Virus record (IMG/VR): IMGVR_UViG_3300031999_000001
Span: 136,058-200,057 of that record
Source of the DNA: a virus
Lineage: Duplodnaviria; Heunggongvirae; Uroviricota; Caudoviricetes
DNA: 64,000 nucleotides
Reading direction: 5' to 3' (one strand)
The notes beneath the pieces were generated by a model. It had not been told where the DNA came from. It did no database searches and worked only from the letters and a program-made list of their open reading frames with translations. Below, piece by piece: positions 10,106 to 20,623 of this stretch (positions within the stretch are counted from its first letter, which is position 1; each line of letters starts with the position of its first letter). The translations under genes and the position numbers were made by a program.

Positions 10106-10863
10106 ATTTTTTTATGTTTTTCACCTTCCTGAAAATGATACACAATAGAATCATTTGAATTTATATGTTTTACACCAATTGAATTTAGTCTAACAAAAAA
10201 TTCAGTATCACCAGTTCTTGATATTATATTATATTTTCCATTATGTAAATTTCCTTCTGGATAATATCCAACCTTTTCAATAATATCTTTATATAGCATT
10301 ATTGGCATAAAAAGATTTCCAATTGAAATACTATCATTTTTTATTTCATTTACTTTTTTTAGAAACGCTTCTTCGTTAAAATTTTTTATTGTTTGTCCAA
10401 AATCATAATGTTCACAAACAGATAAATTAATTGGATTGGTAAATCTATGATGAGGCTGTATTATTTTTGAGGAAACCACAACTTCACGTGTTAATCTCTT
10501 TTTTAAATTAACTAACCAATCTGGTGAAAATGCATTATCGCTATTAATCAACATTATTATTGGATTATTAGACATTCTAATACCATAATTATATCCAGCA
10601 TATACTCTACTTATATATTCTGGATATGCAAATCCCATATTAAATAATTCTTGTTCTGTACGCTTAATATTATTATTTATAAAATGTGGATAATTTTTTT
10701 CTTTTAGAAGTTTTAATACATCATCAGTTGCATCATTAGCAACAAAATAAAATTCTGCTTCATCGCAATTAAGTTCAGGTGTGTGTTTTATGAGATTATT
10801 ATATACAAACTCGGCATATTCAACAGATTGATATATTAATGATATGATTGATATTTTTTCCAT
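10102..10863 (-). CDS. GT2-like glycosyltransferase
   Basis: INSDN DxD-like motif, VGYY, GD..F, VYHFQEGE. Confidence 0.7.
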   Translation of the reverse strand: MEKISIISLIYQSVEYAEFVYNNLIKHTPELNCDEAEFYFVANDATDDVLKLLKEKNYPHFINNNIKRTEQELFNMGFAYPEYISRVYAGYNYGIRMSNNPIIMLINSDNAFSPDWLVNLKKRLTREVVVSSKIIQPHHRFTNPINLSVCEHYDFGQTIKNFNEEAFLKKVNEIKNDSISIGNLFMPIMLYKDIIEKVGYYPEGNLHNGKYNIISRTGDTEFFVRLNSIGVKHINSNDSIVYHFQEGEKHKKI

Positions 10864-10867
10864 AATT

Positions 10868-11551
10868 TTATTTCTTTGGTATTAACATTATTGAACATCT
10901 TGGCACATAATGAACTTTAGTATTATATAAAATTTTATTATTAATTTTATCATTTTTTTTCATTAATTGACATATATACATATCTGGTAGATCAGTCATA
11001 TATTCAACATCATATTTATCAAGAATATTATTATAATAATATAATTGTTCCGAATATGTTTTTTTATTAAAATCAAACCAGTCATGAATAAAAATACATT
11101 TACTATGATTAATTAAATTTAAAAAATTTTCATTTATGAATTTTGCCATTTTGGTAGAATGTTCACAATCAATCAAGAACATATCAAATTCGTTATTTTT
11201 AATAAACTTTTGAATTACATCATATTGTTCATAAAGATTAATTTTTTCATATTTTATATCATAAAATATTGGTTGTAATGCAAAACTTGTGCGTTTAATT
11301 CCTAAACTATCAATAAATTTACTTGAACTTCCAGCACCGAATTCAACAACATTTGTTATATTATTTTCAAATATAAACCTTTTTAATATAAATAAATCAA
11401 ATGGATTTATGCCGAAATTTTGTCCGATTAATTTTACAATATCATCTAATCTATATTCATCAATAAAATTAAAAATCTTATTGAAAATATTCTGATAATT
11501 ATATTTATAATTATTTGAATTTGATATTATTATTCCCCATTCATCTCCCAT
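10868..11551 (-). CDS. Class I SAM-dependent methyltransferase
   Basis: VVEFGAGSSS, FLIDCEH, IFIHD. Confidence 0.7.
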   Translation of the reverse strand: MGDEWGIIISNSNNYKYNYQNIFNKIFNFIDEYRLDDIVKLIGQNFGINPFDLFILKRFIFENNITNVVEFGAGSSSKFIDSLGIKRTSFALQPIFYDIKYEKINLYEQYDVIQKFIKNNEFDMFLIDCEHSTKMAKFINENFLNLINHSKCIFIHDWFDFNKKTYSEQLYYYNNILDKYDVEYMTDLPDMYICQLMKKNDKINNKILYNTKVHYVPRCSIMLIPKK

Positions 11552-11552
11552 T

Positions 11553-12386
11553 TTACATATTATTTATATAATTTTCCCATAAAATTTTGCCCGTATATCT
11601 GTCCCATTGTTTTTCGAAAATAACATCTCTTGGATTATCACCCGCTTCAAAATCTTTTTCAATATTTAAAATTTTTCTTTGTTTAAGATTACATGCCATT
11701 CCTTCATATTCAATAATATAATAGGGTCTTAAAAGACTGACAGATAATTGAAAATCAGCACAATTCATCAATTCTACCATTTTTTGTTGATTTATTAATA
11801 CGTGTTGTTGACCATATCCATTAAAATCACCCTTATTTGGATACCAAACAATAATCCAATAAATGCTCGGATTCTCATTTGCATATTTTTGAACATGTTG
11901 AAATCCTTTCATTGGATGTGTTGTTCCACACCAAAAACCAATTTCTTTATTTAATGGAACACCATATTTTAATTTTAAATTATATTTTTCTTCATCTGAA
12001 TACGATTTAAATAAATCAGTATTAACACAAATAGGTAATATATCAACTTTACCATACGGTTCATAAAATGGTACTGCAAATTTTGATGATACAACTCTTC
12101 TGTTGGCTGCTTTTGCAGTTTGATATGTTACATTAATAACACCATCCCAATGATTAACATTAAAAACTTCTTTCATTTCAGGATATAATTCCCAACATAA
12201 AGCAATTACATTTGCTGGCATTGCATTTAACGGTCCTGCAGTTGAATATCTTAAAACAGTATCATTTTCATTATATTGTAAAGGAAGTTTAAATGATGTG
12301 TTTTCAAAAACTTTTTCAAACCACACCCAAAATGTTTCTTCTCCATATGCACATTTTAATCCATGTATTGGTGATAAATATATCAT
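11553..12386 (-). CDS. GT-B (GT4-like) glycosyltransferase
   Basis: VNTDLFK, HPMKG, LMNCAD, EGMACN. Confidence 0.7.
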   Translation of the reverse strand: MIYLSPIHGLKCAYGEETFWVWFEKVFENTSFKLPLQYNENDTVLRYSTAGPLNAMPANVIALCWELYPEMKEVFNVNHWDGVINVTYQTAKAANRRVVSSKFAVPFYEPYGKVDILPICVNTDLFKSYSDEEKYNLKLKYGVPLNKEIGFWCGTTHPMKGFQHVQKYANENPSIYWIIVWYPNKGDFNGYGQQHVLINQQKMVELMNCADFQLSVSLLRPYYIIEYEGMACNLKQRKILNIEKDFEAGDNPRDVIFEKQWDRYTGKILWENYINNM

Positions 12387-12922
12387 TTTTTTAAAAATTT
12401 TAATGTTCTTCTATCATTATCCCTACAAACAATTGTAATTCCAGCAACTCCAATTGGAAGTGTGATTAAATTTAATTCTGGATGATTTTCTTTAATCCAA
12501 TCATGCATTTTATATGAATCACTACAATACATTTGTTCTAAATACTTTTCTTCAAATGGGTCTGTATCATGAAGAAGAATAATACCATGAATATTTAAAC
12601 ATTTTAACGAATTTTCAAAATCTCTTTTCACTTGTTCAAAACGATGATCAGCATCAATAAAAATAATATCAGCATATCCAATAAAATCTTTAAAAAACTC
12701 ATCAGTTGTTTTTAAATGAAACTCAAAATTTCTAAAAAGTAATTTATCATCAATATCAACACCAATACACCTTTTAGAATATTTAGTAATTTCCTTAATG
12801 TTTAATCCTTGTAACACACCCAATTCCAAATAAGTTTCACATCCGGTTAATTCAACAATTTTAGATATTAACGTTGGATGTAATTCAAATTTACTATAAT
12901 TATATGCAAATCTGTTTATCAT
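12383..12922 (-). CDS. Class I SAM methyltransferase (Methyltransf_24-like)
   Basis: YLELGV, IFIDADH, GIILLHD. Confidence 0.85.
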   Translation of the reverse strand: MINRFAYNYSKFELHPTLISKIVELTGCETYLELGVLQGLNIKEITKYSKRCIGVDIDDKLLFRNFEFHLKTTDEFFKDFIGYADIIFIDADHRFEQVKRDFENSLKCLNIHGIILLHDTDPFEEKYLEQMYCSDSYKMHDWIKENHPELNLITLPIGVAGITIVCRDNDRRTLKFLKK

Positions 12923-12961
12923 ATTTTTCCAATTAATATATTAATTAAACAATAATTTTTA

Positions 12962-13822
12962 TTAAGGATTAATATTTTTATTTTTTAATAAATTTCCTAA
13001 CACATTGTTTGGTAAATTCGTTAAACCACCATTAGTTTCTTGTAAAAATTTTCCAGATAATGCACAACCACCATACCAATGAATGCCAATTGTATTTGTG
13101 GTAATTTTTGGTTTTGCTCCATTGTATATCTCCGTTTTATTTGCTGCACCCATTGAATAAACAGCATCATCACCAATATCTGCCACAGAAGAAATTTTAT
13201 TAATTAATTGTAATGTTCGATAATTTTTATTCCACAACAATGAACCAATTGTCTGATACATTTTTTTATTATATACTCTTTTTGCTTCTTCAATTAATAT
13301 TTTATAAAAATCATTATTTCCTGCACTCATAAGAAATCCAATAGAATGTCCATGCGGTGAAATACAAACAAATGTTTCAATATTTTTATTATTTTCTATG
13401 TTCACCGTTAAGCAATTAATTGGTCTAAAATAAAGAATATCCATATCAGACCATACTCCACCAATCGTTGATAAAATTTCAAGTCTTATAAAATCCGATT
13501 TATGTACTTCAGATACATCATTACTAAATCCATAATTATTAAAGTCAGTTGGAATCATTTCTATTGGCAAGTTTTTTAGTTCTTCTATGTAATCATCACA
13601 CGAAAATTCTTGTTCTTGTTCTTTGGTATTCCAAGTAACAATAGTTTTTGATGGATATTTAGGATACCAAAACATAACTTTCCATTCTGGATTTTTTAAC
13701 ATAAATGAACGTATGGTCATAAATCTGAGATACGAAAATATTCCAGTACCCCAATAAATATGAAAAATTTTTGGAACTTTTAAATGCCATACATTATTTA
13801 ATGAGTTAATATATTGTTCCAT
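12962..13822 (-). CDS. GT32-like (DXD sugar-binding) glycosyltransferase
   Basis: VPKIFHIYW, KSDFIRL, GGVWSDMD, IHWYGG. Confidence 0.8.
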   Translation of the reverse strand: MEQYINSLNNVWHLKVPKIFHIYWGTGIFSYLRFMTIRSFMLKNPEWKVMFWYPKYPSKTIVTWNTKEQEQEFSCDDYIEELKNLPIEMIPTDFNNYGFSNDVSEVHKSDFIRLEILSTIGGVWSDMDILYFRPINCLTVNIENNKNIETFVCISPHGHSIGFLMSAGNNDFYKILIEEAKRVYNKKMYQTIGSLLWNKNYRTLQLINKISSVADIGDDAVYSMGAANKTEIYNGAKPKITTNTIGIHWYGGCALSGKFLQETNGGLTNLPNNVLGNLLKNKNINP

Positions 13823-13823
13823 T

Positions 13824-14477
13824 TTAATATATATATGTTAATTCCATATAATTAATTAAATTTTTATTTTTATACTCTATAATATATGGTAGTATTGCCA
13901 TATTTAATGCGGTATATCCTTTATCAATTTTTGTTCGTACCATTAAACCCGTCCATGATGATGGAGATTTAAGAAAATATTTAATAAATCCATTAACATT
14001 AATTAAATTATAATCATAAAATGGAATCCCCGCATATTGACAATCATGATATAAAATCAAATCAAATTTATCATAAAGAGCATTAATTGATAGTGTTCTA
14101 CATGCTGTAAATTGATCAACAAACAATAGATTTGGTTTTAATTCTGGAATAACTAAATTATGATAATAATTAAAAATTTCAAATTTTTTATCATCGGATA
14201 ATTCTTTAAGATGTGTAAATATTTTAACTTCATTTAAGTCATGATAAATTACATCAATATTTTTATATTTATTTCTAATGTGGTCAATCCATTCCTTATC
14301 ACTTTCAACACCTAATAATTTGGTTTTATAATTAAGAAAAACGGGTGTTGAATTATCTCCGATTCCTAATTCAAGTACAAATGCTGGTGTATACAATTCC
14401 ATTACCGCTTTTATTATTGGTTGATGTGTTGACCATTCATAACCATTATTGATATTCATATTACTTTTATTTTCCAA
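13824..14477 (-). CDS. Putative SAM-dependent methyltransferase
   Basis: STHQP, VLELGIGDNST, LLFVD, ILYHD. Confidence 0.6.
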   Translation of the reverse strand: MENKSNMNINNGYEWSTHQPIIKAVMELYTPAFVLELGIGDNSTPVFLNYKTKLLGVESDKEWIDHIRNKYKNIDVIYHDLNEVKIFTHLKELSDDKKFEIFNYYHNLVIPELKPNLLFVDQFTACRTLSINALYDKFDLILYHDCQYAGIPFYDYNLINVNGFIKYFLKSPSSWTGLMVRTKIDKGYTALNMAILPYIIEYKNKNLINYMELTYIY

Positions 14478-15534
14478 TTAATATATTAATTACTGTATCT
14501 GAAACATTTTCAACCAAATAATCATTAGGTACATACCATTTATTTCCTCTATTAATTGCCGAATAAAATGCTTCAACAATATTTTCCGTCTTAATACCAC
14601 ACAATATATTTGAACCACACTCGATTGTTTCTTGTCTTTCAGTACTTTCTCTTATTGTTAATGTTGGTACACCAAAAATACAACATTCTTCCTGTACAGT
14701 TCCACTATCAGAAATAACACACATTGCATTTTTTTCTAATTTAATAAAATCAAAAAACCCTAATGGATGTGAAACAAGTATATTTTTATTTAAAATAATA
14801 TTAAATTTTTCAAGTTTATTTTTTGTTCTTGGATGTAATGAAAAAACAACACAATAATTTTCCGAAATTTCATTAATTGCATTAATTATGCTTTTTAAGG
14901 ATTCTTTATTATCAACATTTTCTGTTCTATGTGCTGTTACCAACACAAATTTACCATCTTCTAAATTCCACTCATGCATTATAACGCTTTTATTAATATC
15001 ATTCTCAAACTTATTTAATACTTCAAATATTGGATTACCAATTTTAAACACATAATTTTTATGATGTCCTTCATTTAAAAGATTTTGTTTGCTGTTTTCA
15101 GTATATGGTAAATTATATTTGGAAATACTATCAATAATTCTTCTATTTGCTTCTTCTGGTAATCTTTCATCATAACACCTATTTCCAGCTTCCATATGAT
15201 ATACTGGAATTTTATATTTTTCGGCAACAATTGATAATAATCCCGAATTTGTATCTCCCAATGTTAATATCTTATCTGGTTTTTCGACTTTCAATACTTT
15301 TTCAAATTCTAATATTGCATTTCCTAAAAAATCACCAAATGACTGACTTTCTTTTTCAAAATAATAATTAGGTTTTCTTATTTTCATTTCATCAAAAAAT
15401 CTACCACTTAAATTATAATCATAATTTTGATTTGTATATATTAAGACATGATTAACCAACATATTTAATTTTTCAATTATTATGCTTAACCTAATTAATT
15501 CAGGTCTTGTTCCAGTTATTGTTAATATTTTCAT
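14467..15534 (-). CDS. wecB: Non-hydrolysing UDP-N-acetylhexosamine 2-epimerase (WecB/FnlC/WbjD family)
   Basis: GTRPE, LGDTNS, HMEAGNR, PEE.NR, TAHR.EN, SDSGTVQEE, TERQE. Confidence 0.9.
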   Translation of the reverse strand: MKILTITGTRPELIRLSIIIEKLNMLVNHVLIYTNQNYDYNLSGRFFDEMKIRKPNYYFEKESQSFGDFLGNAILEFEKVLKVEKPDKILTLGDTNSGLLSIVAEKYKIPVYHMEAGNRCYDERLPEEANRRIIDSISKYNLPYTENSKQNLLNEGHHKNYVFKIGNPIFEVLNKFENDINKSVIMHEWNLEDGKFVLVTAHRTENVDNKESLKSIINAINEISENYCVVFSLHPRTKNKLEKFNIILNKNILVSHPLGFFDFIKLEKNAMCVISDSGTVQEECCIFGVPTLTIRESTERQETIECGSNILCGIKTENIVEAFYSAINRGNKWYVPNDYLVENVSDTVINILIGK

Positions 15535-16322
15535 TAAATAATAATTTTATTTGGATTTGCTTTAATTATATTTTCTTTTGCTGTTGTTTCTGCATATAAA
15601 TTATGATTAATATTTCTCAGTTTATTAGAATTTTTATTATTATATGAAAATTGTTCGTGTGTTTGATGAATTACCACAACACTATCAACAAACACAACAT
15701 TCATTTTTTTTCTTCTTACTCTTTCTAAAAATTCAACATCATCCCTTTCAATACCATATGCATATCTTTCATCAAAACCATTTAATTCAATTAAATCTTC
15801 TTTTGTAATTGCGGTACAAAAATTTATTGCTGCAGGTCTAAATATTCTATGAGCATACCATTGACCATCATTATTATCATTAATATTAATTTTAATTAAT
15901 TTATTGATTTCAAAAGAATAATTATTATTCCAATTAATTTTTTTTAGGACATTTACAACATTTTTATTTATTACTGAATACACCAAATATTTATTTTTTT
16001 CAATATTGTTAATAACGTGTTGAAAAACATCATCATAATGAAAACATTCAGGATTTTGTAATATAAAAATATCACCAGAACAATAACCAAAAGCAATATT
16101 AAATGGAATACATGGATTTGTATGTTTTTTATTTTCTTTATCAATTCGAATTGTTTTTAAAAACTTAAATTGTTTTTCCAAATCATCAATTCTATGTTCA
16201 TCATCACTCCCATCATCAACAATAATTACCTCAAAATCTTTATATACACTCTTATTTATACTATGAAGCGTATTAATTAAATGTTGTTTTCGATTATAAT
16301 ATGCCATTGCTACTGATATCAT
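15534..16322 (-). CDS. GT2 glycosyltransferase
   Basis: VIIVDDGSD, NGFDERY..DD. Confidence 0.85.
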   Translation of the reverse strand: MISVAMAYYNRKQHLINTLHSINKSVYKDFEVIIVDDGSDDEHRIDDLEKQFKFLKTIRIDKENKKHTNPCIPFNIAFGYCSGDIFILQNPECFHYDDVFQHVINNIEKNKYLVYSVINKNVVNVLKKINWNNNYSFEINKLIKININDNNDGQWYAHRIFRPAAINFCTAITKEDLIELNGFDERYAYGIERDDVEFLERVRRKKMNVVFVDSVVVIHQTHEQFSYNNKNSNKLRNINHNLYAETTAKENIIKANPNKIII

Positions 16323-16333
16323 TAAATATTTTT

Positions 16334-17209
16334 TTAGTTAAAATAATTTTTACATAATTTACAAAAAAGATAATTATAATTTAAATAATTATTATGATTT
16401 AATAAATTATTAAATTTTTGCGCCACACCGCCACCAGCATACCAATGATATCCAATTGCATTTTCAGGAAAATCAGTAATATTTATTGCACAATTCTGAT
16501 GAAAACAATCACCAATATTTTTATTATTATAATGATATACTACATCCATTGGTAAATTAAAAAATTTTAAATGTGGATATTTTTCAATTGCAAACGGTAA
16601 AATTTTTTGCCCATAACAACCATATGATTTATATAAATCATATACATTTAAAACACCATATGCTTGATATGCATAATGTTTTTCAAATTTAAATGTATTA
16701 TAAAAAATATCTTTAAAAAAATCGTTTTCGGATGTAGATGCCATTAAGCCAATTGATATATATTTGGTTTGACAAATAACAACATTAATATTTTCTTTAT
16801 TCCATTGATTATATAATTCATCTATTGGTTTAAAAAATAAAATATCCATATCTGAATATATTCCCCCATTTTTATACAACTGATACCATTTAAATAAATT
16901 ACTTTTTCCAGATGGTGTAATGTTTTTAAATCTATTAAGTTCAACTTCTTCAGTATTCCATTTTATTATATTAATATTTAATTCTTTTATTTTTGAAAAA
17001 TAATCTAAACCTTCATAAAACCAAAAATCCTGTCTACGTCCTGCTTTAATAAAATCAGGAGTTAATTCAGGAGTTAAAACAGTTTTTTCATTACAATATA
17101 AATCCATTTGCCAATCTGGATTCATTTTTCTAAATGAAAATAAGGTCATATATCTCATCCAAGACAATTTATCATTTTCCCAATAAAAAAATATTCGTTT
17201 GGGTATCAT
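16334..17209 (-). CDS. GT32-like glycosyltransferase (paralog of 12962..13822)
   Basis: IPKRIFFYW, GGIYSDMD, YHWYAG. Confidence 0.8.
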   Translation of the reverse strand: MIPKRIFFYWENDKLSWMRYMTLFSFRKMNPDWQMDLYCNEKTVLTPELTPDFIKAGRRQDFWFYEGLDYFSKIKELNINIIKWNTEEVELNRFKNITPSGKSNLFKWYQLYKNGGIYSDMDILFFKPIDELYNQWNKENINVVICQTKYISIGLMASTSENDFFKDIFYNTFKFEKHYAYQAYGVLNVYDLYKSYGCYGQKILPFAIEKYPHLKFFNLPMDVVYHYNNKNIGDCFHQNCAINITDFPENAIGYHWYAGGGVAQKFNNLLNHNNYLNYNYLFCKLCKNYFN

Positions 17210-17784
17210 AGTTTATTTATTTTTCTTGCTAAATACCAATTCCATTTTTTATTTATTTTCATAATTTCAAAACCAACATTTTCTAAAAGCAATAATGATG
17301 TTTTTGTTAATTCAATCCAATCAGGATTTTTTCTATCATGAAAACTAATTGTTATTTGATCAATATTTTTAAAATCTTTTATATCCAAACTATGTAATAA
17401 CGGATATTCAGCACCCTCAATATTAATTTTTAATATTGAAATCTGATTAATATTATATAATTTACAAAAATTTTTCCAAGAAAGTACAGGAAATTCGATA
17501 CCGTCTTTATTATTAAGAAAAACCGATGAAGAAAATCCAATATCTTTTATAAGTGTTTTACCATCAAATGCACCAATCAATCCCTTAAATAATTCAACAC
17601 CAATAATTTCATTTTCAAATGGGTCAACACCAATAATTCTTTTTTTTCCAATAAAAAAAGAAGACCAATCCCAATTTAAGCATCCAATATCAATAACACA
17701 TCCATTGTGTTCAAAAACTCTTGAATCAATTGTTGAATAATCACGTCCCTTTATGGTTTGAATTAAAGTGTTTTTATTTTCCAT
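17206..17784 (-). CDS. FkbM-like methyltransferase
   Basis: VIDIGC, LKINIEGAEY, QITISFH. Confidence 0.75.
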   Translation of the reverse strand: MENKNTLIQTIKGRDYSTIDSRVFEHNGCVIDIGCLNWDWSSFFIGKKRIIGVDPFENEIIGVELFKGLIGAFDGKTLIKDIGFSSSVFLNNKDGIEFPVLSWKNFCKLYNINQISILKINIEGAEYPLLHSLDIKDFKNIDQITISFHDRKNPDWIELTKTSLLLLENVGFEIMKINKKWNWYLARKINKL

Positions 17785-17802
17785 TATTTATAAAATAATT
17801 TT

Positions 17803-18387
17803 TTATATAGTTTTTATTTTTTTTAGAATTAACAAAACGCCCTTCCATCCATTATCTATATTAAATTCTTTATTAATTAAGAAATATTTTAAAATAGCTT
17901 CTTTTATTGGAATAATATTTTCGGTATCAAACACTTCATATTTTCCTGCACGCTGTATTGCTAATTCCAGAAAAAAAACACCATTGGGTTTTAATATTCG
18001 ATTAGTCTCTTTTAAAAAAACATCTAAGTACAATACATGATCAATGGCATTGCAAAAAGCAAAATCAAATATATAATCAGGAAATTTTAATTGATGGAAA
18101 TCACCATATAAAACATGTTCATTTTTTTCCCCCGGTTCAATATCAATACCAATGGCAAGTGCATTTAATTTTTTAAATGCACGAACCTCCCCACCCAATC
18201 TGGCAGCAAGACAAATTATACTTTTTTCTTTAAAATCAAACAAATTTTTATATCTATCTAACACAATTTGTTCATAACGTTTATCATTTCTTATAATTTC
18301 CTTCAAATGAGTATGTAATTTATCTGATTGATGTTCTATATAACTCTCATAATTTAAATATTCTCTCTTTTTTATATTGTCTGTCAT
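17803..18387 (-). CDS. SAM methyltransferase (Methyltransf_11-like)
   Basis: CLAARLGGE, GIDI, GDFH..F.D..FD, RILKPNG. Confidence 0.8.
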   Translation of the reverse strand: MTDNIKKREYLNYESYIEHQSDKLHTHLKEIIRNDKRYEQIVLDRYKNLFDFKEKSIICLAARLGGEVRAFKKLNALAIGIDIEPGEKNEHVLYGDFHQLKFPDYIFDFAFCNAIDHVLYLDVFLKETNRILKPNGVFFLELAIQRAGKYEVFDTENIIPIKEAILKYFLINKEFNIDNGWKGVLLILKKIKTI

Positions 18388-18426
18388 TAATATTATTTTA
18401 AAACACCTTTTATTTTATAATTTTAA

Positions 18427-18981
18427 CTAAAATTTAAAAACATATATTATTCGTCTGCGATTTGTATGATTAACTAAAAGAATTTTTTTTGGCATTATAT
18501 TGTTAGTCCACTTTCTTATTATTTCATCATCAATATTATGATGATTCAAATCATTTGGTGAATTCCATTTATATGGAAACGATAAAATTGCATTTTTACT
18601 TATTCTCATAATTTCATTAAAGACTTTACTTTGTTTTTTATTTTCAAAATGTTCAAATACCTGCAATGCCACAAAAACATCATAATATTTATCAGATATG
18701 TTCCAAGGTAAAGATGTAGCATCTTGAATATAATTTTTATTTTTTAAATTTTTGGTGTCAATATATTCTAATTGTAAATCCATATTATCACTAATATTTG
18801 TTAAATTAATTTTATATGCTCCAAGTTCAAGAATTGTTTGGGGATTAAGTTTTCTAATTTCGTTAATTACAGGATACATATATTTCCATCGACCCGACCA
18901 TGAATTATTCCAATAATCATCATTTAATAGATTCATTTTATTTATTAACGATGTTCTACATAAATATTTAATATTCAACAT
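18427..18981 (-). CDS. SAM methyltransferase-like protein
   Basis: ILELGA, DAT.LPW, VALQVFEH. Confidence 0.7.
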   Translation of the reverse strand: MLNIKYLCRTSLINKMNLLNDDYWNNSWSGRWKYMYPVINEIRKLNPQTILELGAYKINLTNISDNMDLQLEYIDTKNLKNKNYIQDATSLPWNISDKYYDVFVALQVFEHFENKKQSKVFNEIMRISKNAILSFPYKWNSPNDLNHHNIDDEIIRKWTNNIMPKKILLVNHTNRRRIIYVFKF

Positions 18982-19895
18982 ATGTATTTACTATTTTATT
19001 TATTTTAATGCTTTGATTATTACCAATTAATTTCTTATATTCTTTTCTTATTTCAGAATTTGCCCCAAATAAAATATTTTGAGTTAAACTATCTTGATGC
19101 ATTCGTCTGTAAAATAATGGTTTGTTTATTAATTTTTCCTTTATTATAGATAAACCCCTTTTTAATAATTCGGTGTCTGCAGCACACATCCAAGATTCAT
19201 ATCCACCCAATTTATTATATAATGATAATTTAAATAATCCAACACCATGTGGATATCTGATAAAATTTATGTTTTTTTGAATAACATTTTTAATTAGTAT
19301 TAAATATTTAAATCTAATAATATTATAATTATCAACAAAATACATTATTTCATTAATCATTTCTGGTTTCATAATATCATCACCATCAAAACGAATAATA
19401 TTCTCATTTTTTATAATATCCAATAACGTGTTTGATGTAATATATGTGCCCATGTTATTATCCATCATAAATATCCTAAGATTTCTATATTTATGTTTGA
19501 TTTCAAGCAATTTATTTAATGTGTCCTGACAAGCATCGACACCCACCAATACCTCAAAATTATTATTATTAATAAAATATGTCTGATTTTCAATTGAATT
19601 TAAAGTTTCTTCAATATACTTTTGTGTTTGATATGCTGATATTATTATTGATATTGGTTTTTTATTTTCTAAAATTGGAAGACATCCGTTGTCCATAATA
19701 CCTAATCTTCGTTCATTACGACCAAACAAATTAAGATTAATTTGTTTTTTATTCTCATCACCATGAATTCTTAACTTATCTCTTTCATTCATTAATTTAA
19801 TTATTTTATTTTTTTTTTTCAATAAAAACAAGTTGCCGATGTCTTAATTCGATTCTTTTTTTTACTTCATTAATGCTTATTTTTTGTTTTTTCAT
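18968..19895 (-). CDS. GT2 glycosyltransferase, 5' end interrupted by an A11 tract
   Basis: GT2 motifs (ISIIISAY, RFDGDD, LGGY..AD). An ATG-initiated 29-codon ORF (19806..19895) would fuse in frame if the tract were A10. Confidence 0.7.
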
Positions 19896-19903
19896 TCTAA
19901 AAA

Positions 19904-20611
19904 TCAATATTTCATAACATTATAATTAATGTTTTGTCGTGAACTAAAATATTTGGGGTATTTTTTTAATTGTAAATTCAAATTTAATTCAGGAAATGCA
20001 TCAATATGCACAACACGATAATTTTCAATTTTTTTTAATAAATATCCATTTTCTCTTATTCTTTTATTTAATTCAAAATCCCAAAAAATTTTTGTATTGG
20101 GTTCGGTAATCCAGAAATTAATTTTATCAACAATGCTTCTTCTATGCATATTTACACAAGTTGCTTTATCAACATCACCAAAAACAATTCCATTATATTC
20201 TTGTTTATTACGAATTTCCAATACATTCCAAACACCATTCCTTTTTAACATTAATTGACCAATTTGTGGAAAATTATCCATTATTTCAACCATTTTTTTT
20301 AAAAAATGCGGTGTTATTGGTGGACAATCATTATCCCATTGCATTGTATATTCACAATCTTCATCGAGATTTTCATAACCGAGCTTAGTACCACCAAAAT
20401 CACCAAGATTTTCATTAGAATATATTGGTTTGATTTTATAATAGCTTTCTTTTACTAAAGATTTTATCCATTGTCCAGTACCATCTGTTGATGCTTGATC
20501 AATTACCATCATTTTATAATTATCATATCCAGCCAAACGATCAATTTCACGAATTGTTAATGTTGTATATTCAAGACGATTAAATGCCCTAATTATTATA
20601 TTAACTTTCAT
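19904..20611 (-). CDS. GT2 glycosyltransferase
   Basis: IIIRAFNR, IDQASTDGT, WDND. Confidence 0.8.
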   Translation of the reverse strand: MKVNIIIRAFNRLEYTTLTIREIDRLAGYDNYKMMVIDQASTDGTGQWIKSLVKESYYKIKPIYSNENLGDFGGTKLGYENLDEDCEYTMQWDNDCPPITPHFLKKMVEIMDNFPQIGQLMLKRNGVWNVLEIRNKQEYNGIVFGDVDKATCVNMHRRSIVDKINFWITEPNTKIFWDFELNKRIRENGYLLKKIENYRVVHIDAFPELNLNLQLKKYPKYFSSRQNINYNVMKY

Positions 20612-20623
20612 TTTCTTTTTATA

